From: Octopus sinensis
Lineage: Eukaryota
DNA: 64,000 nucleotides
Reading direction: 5' to 3'
Assembly (NCBI RefSeq): GCF_006345805.1
Contig: NC_042998.1
Span: forward strand, 136,028,001 to 136,092,000
The notes beneath the pieces are model-generated. The model did no database searches. It was not told where the DNA came from and worked only from the letters and a program-made list of their open reading frames with translations. Positions 38,196 through 50,330 of this stretch are shown here, in pieces. The first letter of the stretch is position 1. Each line of letters begins with the position of its first letter. Position numbers and translations under genes: made by a program.

Positions 38196-38400
38196 CATAC
38201 TTTCGGTATGAGTATCGTTTACGTCAAAATGGAGCACGTGCTTTTGTTTATATTTGAAGATCTTCACTTTCCGTAAAAAATTTTTATTTTTTTATACATG
38301 TGGAGTTGAGGGAAGGGTATCTTTTCAAGTCGGCGTAAAAGCGAGACAGATAGAACGCGATTGGATCAGGGAAGTTCTTTTGAAGTTGGAGTTCCGTCAG

Positions 38401-38431
<31 letters not shown>

Positions 38432-39346
38432 AATAATGAAGGGTGAAATTAATTAATTTGAAACATCTCGTCTCCAGCTTAACAACACCTGGCCCTTCGG
38501 CGTCTTTAGCGCACTAGTTCAGTTACAAACATTTCAGCCAGTTCTCTGAGGATACCTTCCACCCTCCAATTTGTTGCGAAAATGGTCATGAGCCTTGAGC
38601 TTCCTTCCTGATTTAGCAATTAAAAATATGTGAATGTGTATACATGGAAATATGTGCATAGGTATTCCTGTGCATACATTGTAATAAAAGTATAAATATA
38701 TACACGAGGGTGCAGATTGAATGAATATTAGATATTGTGCACGCGTGTATGCGTATTTGTAGATTTTATATGTGTGTATGTACCTATATGTGTGTGTGTT
38801 CGTACACGATTTGTGCAGAAGTGTCAGTGTATATGGCAGAATGACAAAAGAAAAGATGAAAACAAGACGCAAGGATAAATTTTATACAAAGGAGAATCAA
38901 CGTTGGGATTAGAGTGAATTGAGTAATGTGTGTGTGTGTGTGTATGTGCATGCGTGTATGTGTTCGTATCTCGGTTCAGTCCTGCTCAAGTAGGTCTGTG
39001 ATCAGAATCATTCCAGCCTTCACCATTGCATGTTTCTTATAAGCATTAGGTAAAACTACGTTATCCAGTATGACCTTTCCTTTATAAGTCAGTAAGGTGT
39101 GATTTAGAGGGGAATTTTGGCTACTATTTCCGTTAGCATGTTGAGTACATCTACATTGGTTCATGTACGTGTACCTTGACGCGCGTTTATCGGAACGGAT
39201 TCGCAAGTTTGATACACTCTTATACTTACACTCAGCCACAAACTTGTGCATACCTTGAATTTTCAAAAACAAAAATATGAAAAGCTTCAAATAAAAGTAC
39301 ATTCACACGAGTTTTACTTGGAGATTCAATTTCTACTACATCTCAA

Positions 39347-40228
39347 GAGATTATACTGAAAACATAGAGGAGTTTCAGAAAACCTAGTCTGACCAAGACA
39401 GTTTCAATCTCTGATGAAAGAAACAATTTCGGTGAGACTCTCGCCTATCCCCCGCACCCCCAAACCCATCCTTAATTTTTTTTTTTTTACACAAACCCCA
39501 CTTTTTGGCTATGGGGAACATAGCCAAAATATACACTGGCAGTGTATATTTTGTTTGTCACTGTTATTTATCACATATTTAATCTCAGTTGCTTTTGTAT
39601 GAATAAACGAGTGTATCTGAAGCATGTTTACTTCATGGCACCACCATAATCGTTCGTGCTTCATTTTAAATTTTTTTCCGTAACTCTAACCTTAAAACCC
39701 CAACCAAAACCTTAACTCTAACCCTAACCCTAAAACCCTAACCCTAACCCTAAAACCTTAAAGCTACAACCAGTACAAATGCACGAACAATGTCATAAAT
39801 AACAGTGACAATCGAAATATACACCACTGATAGTTGTTGTTGTTGACAAACAACGGCAGTAATTTTATTCAGCTGAATACACGTCGTTGGTTGAAATTAG
39901 CGAAATACGACAACTTTAACAAGAAATAACTTCCAAAATACAGAATTTTCTCAACAACGCCAAGAGTAAAAGATGTTTTATGTGAAGTATACGAAGTTTG
40001 AAAGTGTTTAGTTACCAAAAATTTTTTTTTAATCTGTTGGTCAAACGACAAAGCTCCAACGAATCTGCAAAAAAATTGGCAAAAATCGACATTTCTACAT
40101 TTCCACGCTCACTCCCAACCCCATTTCCTTCATTTTTAACTTTTTTTCATAATTCTTTTTTTTTTTTCAAAATATGCGGAAAAATACAGAGATTATGATT
40201 CTGAAAAAAATTTCAGAATCATAATCTC
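39347..40228. mobile_element. Hairpin-rich putative non-autonomous element with (TAACCC)n core
   Basis: Perfect stems at 39503-39529, 39525-39553 and 40189-40228; inverted segment ~39540-39575 vs ~39790-39825; telomere-like repeats at ~39683-39757. Confidence 0.55.
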
Positions 40229-40229
40229 G

Positions 40230-41054
40230 TCAAGTCAGATCCATTTCAAAGTGCCCATAAATTATCATTGTTGTTTGGTGTTACCAGCAAGCAATATTGA
40301 CTCACCTAGTCCAAATCGGTAAAGGAAAAAAGTTGGATAAGTGGGTTCCACATGAACTCAATGAAAATCAGAATCAGCATTATGCTGCTTTATCGCCACA
40401 AAAATGAATAATTTTTTAATTGAATTGTAATGTGATGAAAAATGGATCCAATACAACAACCGTAAACGTTCTGCATAATGTTTGGACAAAGACGAGCCAC
40501 CAAAACACAGTCCAAAAAGCAAAATTCATCAAAAGAAGTTGATGGTGTGTGTTTGGTGGTCTGGCACAGGTGTGATCCATCACGGTCGAAGTATACTGCA
40601 GCCAACTGAACCAAATAATGCAGAAACTTACAAAAAAAAACGGCCTAGGCTAGTCAACAGATTCACTCCTATTTTATTGCAAGACAACGCCAAACCACAC
40701 ATCGCAAAAATGACATTGGCAAAACTACAGGAGTTGGAGTTGGAAGTTCTCCATCATCCACCATATTCATCTGATCTTGCCCCCACTGACTACCACTTCT
40801 TCCAGAATTTGGATAACTTTTCGATAGGAAAAAAATTTAATTCCAATGATGCTGTAAAACAGGCCTTCCAAGATTTTATTGACTCTAGGTTGCCAGGCTT
40901 TTACAGTTCCGGGCTGGATAAGCTACCGCTGAAATGGCAAAAGTGTATTGACAGTATGGATGCATACTTTGATGAATAAAACTATTCATTGTATTTATAA
41001 AACATTCGCAAACATTTTTTCCTTTCTACAAATTTCATACTTGACAACCTAATA
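40230..41054 (+). mobile_element. Mariner DD34D transposon, 5'-truncated; transposase pseudogene
   Basis: WVPHEL and CDEKWI motifs. ORF 40482..40979 has LLQDNAKPH...HPPYSSDLAPTDYHFF with exactly 34 residues between the Asp residues. 3' TIR ..tttcatacttgacaacctaata followed by TA. Confidence 0.95.
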
Positions 41055-41265
41055 TATATATATATATTCTTTTATTCTTTTACTTGTTTCAGTCATTTGA
41101 CTGTGGCCATGCAGGAACACCAGCTTTAGTTGAGCAAATCGACCCCAGGACTTATTCTTCGTAAGCCTAGTACTTATTCTATCAGTCTCTTTTGCCAAAC
41201 TGCTAAGTTATGGGTGCATAAAGTGATGGTGGGAGGACAAACACAGACACACATACATATGTATG

Positions 41266-41325
<60 letters not shown>

Positions 41326-41589
41326 GTATATATATATATGATGGGCTTCTTTCAGTTTCCGTCTACCAAATCCACTCACAAGGCTTTGATCAGCCCAAGG
41401 CTATAGTAGAAAACACTTGCCCAAAGTGCCACGCAGTGGGACTGAACCCAGAACCATGTGGTTGGTATGCAAACTACTTACCACACACCCACTCCTGCAC
41501 CTTCTATGTGTGTGTGTGTGTAATAGAGAGAGAAACTAAAGTTCTTCCACATTCCCTTTCGTGACTCTATCTTCTCTTTTACCTACAAC

Positions 41590-41785
41590 ACACTATACTC
41601 ACCAACATCACTATGATTGCTATTACTATTACTACCACCACCAATGCCACCTCCATCACCAACTCTACCATCACCATCACCACCATTATTACCAATATCA
41701 TCACCACCACCAACACTATTATTACCACCACTATTACTATCTCTACCACCACTTCCCTCGCCATCATAATCACCACTACCATGTG
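41590..41785. repeat. (ACC)/(ATC)/(ATT) trinucleotide low-complexity tract
   Basis: Direct reading; gives the His-rich and Thr-rich pseudo-ORFs. Confidence 0.9.
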
Positions 41786-42067
41786 TTCATTTAGTATCAC
41801 ACCAGGTGAAAAGAGAAGAGAAAGAATTCTGCCGACTGGGCATGCAAGCACTAGATCTGAAATTATGTTGAGGAAGCTGCTGGCATGCAGATGTCAGCAG
41901 AGACTCCATGTGAAATTAATGGAAAGGTATGTGGGAGTAGTGAAAATGTGGATGTCACAGCTTGATAATGAATGTGAAAATATGTGGAACAAACATTGAG
42001 TGCACTGATGATAATGTGACAGAGCCAGTGTGTATAAGGTAAGGTAGAGTGACTAAATATGTTTGCG

Positions 42068-42320
42068 TGGATGGATGGATGGATGGATCAGTAGAAAGGT
42101 AGACTGACAGATAAACAGACAGACAGATAGATAGATTGGTAGGTAGGCAGACAGGTAGATAGATAGATAGATTGATAGATAGGCAGGCAGGCAGACAGAT
42201 AGATAGATAAACAGACAGACAAACTGACTGATTGACAGATAGCTAGATAAACAGATAGATTAGTAGGTAGGCAGGCAGATAGATAGATAGATAGAGAAAG
42301 AGAGAGAGAAATAGGCACTT
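42068..42320. repeat. Compound tetranucleotide microsatellite (GGAT/AGAT/AGAC/AGGC)
   Basis: Direct reading. Confidence 0.95.
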
Positions 42321-43156
42321 AGAGACATACATATCTAGGTATAATGGCATTCAATAATAAAAGACAGATGCAAATAAGTTGTATATAAAAAAGTGTGTAC
42401 ATGTTTGTATATGAATTAGGAAACGTGGATGTCTTTATGAGTTAACATGTGCGTAACTATACATACTTTTTTTTTTGCATTTTGATATGTGTTTTATTAT
42501 TAATTAGTCAGCAGAGACACACTTTATTTACAAAGAAATTTTGCTGCTATTTCTAACGGGTCAAGTGGGTTTGATTGGTGCTCAATTTCACTTTACATTC
42601 CAGTCATTTGAAATCATAATAAAATAAGTACTTGTAAAGTAATGTATTTTCCTCCAAAATTTGTGGACTCTTGACTCTGTATGAAACCATAATTAGTTTG
42701 CAGTGTGGAAGGTGCTTATAAGCTGTTTAAAAAATACAAAAACTGTTAGATTCACTTCAGCATTTAAATTTATGTCAAAATATTTTCGTCGCTTTGAAAC
42801 CACAACCTGGTCACTGACAAAATTTCATGCTGCCTCATAATTAATTTTCTACAAAGGAATATGCGAAGATAATCCCCATCATCATCATCATCACCAACAA
42901 CATCATTAATGCCATCATCATCATTGTCATTATCATCATCATTCTCATCATAGCATGGGTTAGAATTTGCTGAGGCAGATTTTCTACAGCTGGATGCACT
43001 TCCTGTTGCCAACCCTCTCTCGTTTCTAAACAAGATATTACTTCCTCATGGCAGGACATGTTTTCGCAAGAAGATAGGAAACGAATAATACTGCATGCAT
43101 GGTGTTAACACTTATTTCCAACAGTCACATGACATCAAGACAAGGAGGTACAAACA

Positions 43157-43195
<39 letters not shown>

Positions 43196-43500
43196 CACCG
43201 TGACCGACCAGGCTATCAGATGTTGCTACACATCGCTGGTCACAATGCGCTTCGCATTGTTTTAGCCTTTAAATGACGCCACCCTGCTGGCTAAGCGAGC
43301 AGGCCAACAGAAGAAAGAGTGAGAGAAAGTTGTGGCGAAAGAGTACAGCAGGGATCGCCACCATCCCCTGCCGGAGCCTTGTGGAGCTTTAGGTGTTTTT
43401 GCTCAATAAACACTCAAAACGCCCGGTCTCGGAATCGAAACTGCGATCCTACGACCGTGAGTCCGCTGCCCTAACCACTGGGCTTTTGCGCCTCCACACA
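43196..43500 (-). mobile_element. Young tRNA-derived SINE (family C)
   Basis: Minus-strand head ggcgcaaaagcccagtggttagggcagcggactcacggtcgtaggatcgcagtttcgattcc is tRNA-like. CpGs are intact; the tail carries the stem acaatgcg/cgcattgt. Confidence 0.85.
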
Positions 43501-46500
43501 CACCACACACACACACATATATATATATATATTTGTGAAGTTGCATGGGCTTAGTGGATCGAGTGACACACTCCCAATCACAAGATTGTGGTTTTGATTC
43601 TCAGACTTGGTGGTGCATTGTGTTCTTCAGCAAAACACTTCATTTCACATTGTTCTGTGATCACTTCAACAGCTGACATGTGGCATACCATACACTTATA
43701 CAGGCAATGTTGATTTGATGGTGGTGAGAACCAGCTGATGCATTGCACAAGCATTTGATCATTGTAAACAAATCATCTCTGCAGGTTACTCAACAAGAAA
43801 TTCTGGAGTCCTCATCTGTCATCTGCAACAGAAGAGTCCATCATACACACATGCATATATGTTAGTAATAATCCTTTCTACTATAGGCACAAGGCATATT
43901 TTGTTGTTTACATTGACCTCAGCATTTGATTGGTACTTTATTTTATTGACCCCATAAGGATGGAAAGCAAAGTCAACTTCAGCAGCATTTGAACCCAGAA
44001 CATAAAACTGGTAAAAATGCCACTAAGTATCTTGCCTGGCACATAACAATTCTGCCAACTCATGGCCCTTATATATATTAGTAATAATGATATATATATC
44101 ATCATCATCGTTTAATTTCTTCCTTCCATACTGGCATGGTTTGGATGGTTTGACAGGAGCTGGCCAGGCAGGAGCCTGCACCATGATTCTGAGTGTGTTT
44201 TGGCATGGTTTTTATGTCTGGATGCCCTTCCTAACACCAACCACTTTGTATAATGAACTGAGTGCTCTTTACATGGCACTCACACAGGAGAGGTCTGTTT
44301 TGGCATGGGTTTTACAGCTGGATGCTCTTCCTAATGCCAACCATTTTACATTTTGGACTGGGTACTTTTTTTGTGGCACCTGCACCTGCAGAGTCACTGA
44401 GTTACTTCGCAAGACAAAGAGACTTTGAGAAGGGAGGGAGCATTGGAGGAGGTGATCTTGTATCAGATGATGAAAGATCAGAGTGTGACAGAGAGGCAGA
44501 AACAGATGTCTTGCTGTAGAGGCGGTCCATGGTCACTAGGCCAGAGAGAGGAAGAGACTCAGAGAGAGTGAGAGTTAACAAGAATGAGGACAGATATATA
44601 CATATACATATATATATACACACACACATACATATATTTATATATACACATACATATGTACATTTATGTGTGTGTGTATGTATGCATATCTACACAGTAA
44701 TGTTAATTGCCACATCAATATGGCTGTTCAACGTTACTCCATTTTAACCTCAGGCAGATCCTCTGCCAACTGGTTACTAGTGCAACCTGTACTCTGTATA
44801 TATTGCAAGTAAGGGAGTGAACCCCTACCATCTTCTAGCAGATGACAGGATCACGAGACTGAACGTTTTTGGGCTACTTGTGCCTGTCTTCAGTCATGAA
44901 CACCCAACCACTAGAAATAAGAATTTGCTCCAACTCACAATTTATAGTAAACTAAGTGACGATCACTCACTGGTCTTTCAACGAGCAAAGTAGCTAGTTA
45001 CAAAATCTCAATAAGAGATGAAAGTAGTAACTATACTAAGAAAATATGTTTATCGCAACATCACTATGGCTGTTTGACATTACTACTGTTTTAACCCCAG
45101 GCAGATCCTCCACTAGCATAATTTTTTAACAATATTCACAATGCATATTAGAATAGATTTGGTCTTTAAAGTCAAATGAGGAAAATGATGAGCATGTTTT
45201 TGTCTCATTAGAACTCATCAGTAAAGCATATTCTACTTGGCAAGAACTAAGACTAATCAATGTAGAGAGGAAGTCCATGAGAGATATAACTCAATCTCTG
45301 CTAATAACATTTTTATAAATAAATAATGTATAAATCATATAGAAATATATGGCATTTCAAAGAATTGATATATGAATGTGTGATCTGATTGAAACATTCC
45401 ACAATAAATAAGCAAAGGCAGTCAGTGATTGATGTAGCATGCCAAAGTAGTTGGTAATATCTCTCTTCAATAAACAGCATAAAAAATTTGGTGGATAAGA
45501 GTTGCACAAAGTATTTATATGATATTCTATTATAATCTAGAATCAAGAGACAACACTTGCAAGTTGTGTCTTATCTCAGTCATAAAACGACCTTCTGTGT
45601 TATGAATTATATTTAATGTTTACAATATGCAGGTATGCTTTGAAAGTATTTAGCCTCACAGCAAAAGGCTAATATTATTCTGTTGAGATTGACTTGCCCT
45701 TTTGTTCTTTCAAGATTGATAAAATATGTACTGTTGAGTATTGGGAGCAATGTCATTGACTAGTCCCTCCCATTAAAATTACTGGTCTCATACCAAAACT
45801 AGAAGGAATTATTTGTATGGAGGAGAAGTTTAACCCTATCCAAATTAAGTAATCAATTCAAAGATGGCTTTAACAACTTTGTTATCCTGATCTCAAGGGT
45901 TAGCCCCATTTTACTTCAGGACTGAAGAATATGCAAATATAAATTTTAAATGAAATATTTAACAGCCATCATGCATCATGACATTTTGGCCACAATTTGT
46001 TATTGTTTTTGAGTTATTATCATTTTTGTTGTTATTGTTTTGGTGTTGGTGACTATTATAGGTATCATTTTGAAATGTATAACAGGAAATTGGCTTTGGG
46101 AGGGAAAAGGGAGTGAATCCTGATAAGTTAAATGATAAACAAAAACGTGTCAATGCAATCCTCATCTCAAGCTGCCAAAAAATCCCTTGTGAGCCTAATC
46201 TCAAAGTGATATTAAATATGCATGGGGTCAATTAAATAAGTACCAGTTGAGCGCTGGGGGTCAGTGTCATCAACTTAACCCCTATCCCAAAGCCGCTGGT
46301 CTTGTGCCAAAATTTGAATGTATGGCTAGTGGGTGTGCAATTCACCCTGCATCTGCAAAGAACTGCCTAAAGCTGATCACAGTAGTGAGCGCTTTTTAAG
46401 ACATTTGCCAGGGAATCATTTGTTGATCTGAGGTTGCAAGGAAGAATCATCAGTCTCTACTGACACTCACTCAAGTAATGAGAGACTGACTCCATCACTT

Positions 46501-46779
46501 CAGTTTGTGGTGGTGGAGAGGAGTGATTTGATAAACACCTTGTTACTGGACAAGAGCAGTCTCTTTTAATTGATAAGATTAATGTAATAGATATAGAGGC
46601 AAACAGCATTCAGTTCATTATTGCATACACTGAACTGCAAAAGAAATGTGATTTTTTCAAATGTCATTTTTATATGGTAAATTCTGAAAATTTATTTCAG
46701 GGATGAAAGTGTAAATATTCCAAGACATACTGGCTTATGGCTGAGACCCAAATTGCAGGTAACTTTTCAACTTCCCTGA

Positions 46780-47590
46780 AACGAGACACCAAGACGCAGC
46801 TGCGTTGAATGCCATGGGTGGCAGTCGCAAACAATTGTCATGAAAACCGAAATGCACATACATCTTGTGGAGGTTATGGGTATTTGTTTCTAGCATTCAT
46901 AATTTGGATACATCAGGTATGACCCGATTGTCAGCAGTGCAGAGAGAACAAACTATTGGCCAATTGCAAGAAGGGCAGTGTGCTCTGGTTGTTGTGAAAG
47001 CTTACAATGTCCATGTCTGCACCATCACCTGCAATAGTAATACAACACTGCAGACTGTGTCTGCAGAGGGCGTCCCTGGGCGACCACGCCCAGGCAGGAC
47101 TGCTTCATCCACCTGCAGCACCTTCTTGATTGCTTCAGACCAGCTAGTATGACAGCTCATGAAACCATTGGCACTGGACAGCAACCCATCAGTAATGACA
47201 CAGTACAACATCAACTGGCTGCCAACAACCTGCATTGCCATCAGACACGACTACAGTGGGCTATACAGAACTGACATTGGTGGTATCAACAATAGAAGTT
47301 GATAGTCTTCTCTGACAAGAGCCGATACTGCGTTTCCACCTCGGATGGCAGAGTGAGGGTATAGCATAGGAAGGGTATGGCTACAGAAACACATGTGTCA
47401 TGGAGAGAGACACGTGGCCAAAGCATCATGGTTTGGGGTTCTAGAGGCCTGAATCAGAGAATTGAGCCCCATGTGTTCCAAAATGTTGGTGCAGGCAGAG
47501 GGAATGGCATCACAGCGCAGTGCTACATTGACCAGATCCTAAGACCTCACATCATGCCCTTCTTCATGTGTCACCATAGCCAATATCCTT
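46780..47590 (+). mobile_element. Tc1-like transposase pseudogene
   Basis: MTRLSAVQREQTIGQLQEG (paired-like HTH), GRP, IVFSDKSRYC, RGQSIMVWG and YIDQILRPHIMPF; multiple frameshifts. Confidence 0.85.
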
Positions 47591-47879
47591 ATCAGATATT
47601 GGCTATATATCCCACTGAATTATATCCAATCTACATGAACCATCAAGGGAACCCTTACTGGATACTTATTCTACTAGAATAACAACTAAATCTCCCTCAA
47701 ACCACACTTAACTCTCTTAAAAAGGAAGGGCATGCTGGATATGTTTCTTGATACACAACTGCTATTGGAAATTCAGACAGAATGACCACATCTGAAATGC
47801 CTTTGAGTGAAGATCTATTTGACTAAGACTGATCTGGGCCTAGTCAACAACTCTGCAAGATCATATTTAGAAAGAGCAT

Positions 47880-49560
47880 GGCTGTGAAAACACCATTCCA
47901 TGATGTTTGTAGTCTTTCAAGGAATCTAATATTTAGAAGCTTCTTGCATCATTTTCAACACTGAGGTTATTGAGAGAGTAACTTACAGAATTATTTATAA
48001 AAAAACTAATGAGGGTTCTTTAGAATAATAGATAACAGAAGCAAGAATTCTGCCAGACAATGGTAATGTAATGTCATTGTTATCATTGAACATAGAGTAA
48101 CAAACTGGTTTTGTTAACTCCTTAACATCTTTATAGGGAGGAGTCCATTATTAGCATGGAATAAATCCTAAATACCACCTGCATTGACTTCTTCAAATGT
48201 TACTTTCCATACTATTTGTACAAAGTTATTACAGACTGAGACCATTTCATCCCCTATCTTTTGACCTTTTTTAACTACATCTGGCTGCAATTTTTTCCAA
48301 ATTGCAATGGAGCATATATGTTTAACAAGCATCTTTTATATTTTTTTATTGCATGCATAATACAGTAATTATTCTAAAATTCTTTGACAGACTGATGCAT
48401 CATCATCATCATCATCATAATCATCCTCTGGACATTACAGACTTGAGTTCTAAGGCTCATAGGACTAAGTTACCAAGTTTTCATGGCATATGAGACCAAA
48501 ATCACATTTACTCTGAATGGGATGCCAGTTCTTCATAGGATCACTCATTTACCACTGAATAAACTGAAGCAACATAAAATGAAGTATTTTGCTCCAGAAT
48601 ATGATGCACTACCAGGTCCAAGAGTCAAAATTACCATCTTGCACTTATGAGTTCAACACACTAACCACTAAGCTCTGCACCTTCACTATAATCAACTGAC
48701 TTTTAAGATAATATACTTTGTTCTTCAAAATTCTTCTAGGTAATATTCCTTGAAGACATAAATGACTACTGATCCCTAAGCTTTTGTGATGTATTTATGT
48801 TTAAACAAATGAAAATAATTTCAATAGATTCATACATTTAGAAAGGAATCAAAATTTGAAGGATGGTCAAGACCAGAAGTGCTTTGGGGTTAAAATGCTT
48901 CTTAGAGTAATGTTTGACAACAAAGCAGAAATGTTCAACTTTTCAGTAAGCAAATCCTCTGTCATCTAAGCTTTCTGTTAGATTTCCACAGAACAAGCAA
49001 ACTAGATTTATAGATACCTTTCATTGCTCTTGAAATATCAGAATGATAAACAAGAAATGACTTAAATTTCAATCTTCCAATAACATTTGCTCCCCATGTC
49101 ATATCATATTTTACTGTATTTCCTCCTTTAAGATATAAACTTAAGATGCTAACTGCTTGGAAAACAGCTCAAGTTCACTTACATTAAAAACTAAATTTAG
49201 TGGATATCTACATCTTTCTTTAATACTTTCCAAATGTGTTTGATACAGACTGGATGTCAGCATTTGCTGACATTACCCTGTTATCTGAATGCTATTGAAA
49301 TTAGACTATTTCTTGAACTTTTAGAATTACCCACAAAATACAGCAAACATTTGAGTAACTTCCTCAACTTCGTGTTTCAAATGTTCAGATAAATTAACTG
49401 TCTTTTGATGGATAATGGCTTTTATAGTGGCAACAGAGGTCATTATTGTAGCAATAGAAAAGAAAGACAGAGAAGACTGTATGCTTGTGGGCCAGAAGCT
49501 GGGGAATGTGGCTGTTGAGCAACACCAAAAATTGTCCACCTAAACAGTATTTTTTTTTTT
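47880..49560 (-). mobile_element. Tigger/pogo-like (CENP-B/DDE_1) transposase pseudogene, split by a SINE
   Basis: WGANVIGRLKFKSFLVYHSDISRAMKG (cf. GANAAG..KLKPLLIYHSENPRALK), KA*MTEDL and a C-terminal ..FEEVNAGGI*DLFHANN segment. Confidence 0.82.
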
Positions 49561-49869
49561 CATTATTTTCCATGATTTTATTACATGTCTATGCCAGATT
49601 AGAATCATTACGCTCACTTGTTTTATTTTGTTAGATTGACTCTCTCCTCTCTGTTAGGAAGCACAAATACTTACACACACATGTACACACAAAATGGGAA
49701 CTTCCACCCACCAAATTCAATCACAAGGCTTCAGTTGGTATTTAAAAAATTTTTACTTGCTGAGTTTAGAACAAGATATTGTCCCTGGACCCTTTACATC
49801 AATCTCATGTGTCTCATAGAGCCTTTGCAGGTCTATTAATGCTGTTACTGTTATATTTAAATTATTACA

Positions 49870-50330
49870 AGTCAACACCAGCAAGAAATACCTGAGCTGA
49901 GAAGAGATTTCAGAGGGTTCTTGTTCTAGGGAAAAAGGAATGGGTATAGATAGGGCTGTTGGGGTTAGACACAACAAGGGTGATGAGGTGACGACAGGTG
50001 GAAAGACAAGTACCTGAGTGAAGAGGTACAAGATAATCCAGCTTCAAGGAATGTAGGCCATTAAAGTAACAATAGAAGATACAGAGTTGGTGGGGGAGAC
50101 TGCACACTTGTGGGCCAGAAGCTGGAGCATGTCCATTAGTGATTGAATGCCAGTTCATCAAGTGGTCTTCTTCTGGATGTAGTCCAACATGTCTGTATGC
50201 ATAGCAGCAGTACTGTCCTTGATGTGAGAACAATACTTTATAGGGGTTGAAATATTTTCTCTCCCTGAAAAGAAGGGCCAGTCTTGTTCTAGAGACCAAA
50301 CATTATAAGTGGTTTGGAGGGCTCTAGTTG
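49870..50330 (-). mobile_element. Penelope-like GIY-YIG 3' remnant
   Basis: ORF 49910..50299 retains YCCYAYRHVG..HSITNGHAP..CSLPHQLCIF..SLKLDYLVPLHS, loosely like the PLE endonuclease end. Confidence 0.5.

Noticed and set aside
39230-39253. 24-nt minus-strand mini-exon (caag|GTATGCAC...GAGT|gtaagt)
   Set aside because: Its ATG frame hits TGA on joining the next candidate exon, and the acceptor is weak; not listed as a feature.
39683-39757. True telomere or chromosome-fusion site
   Set aside because: A short, interrupted, single-orientation tract embedded in a dispersed repeat.
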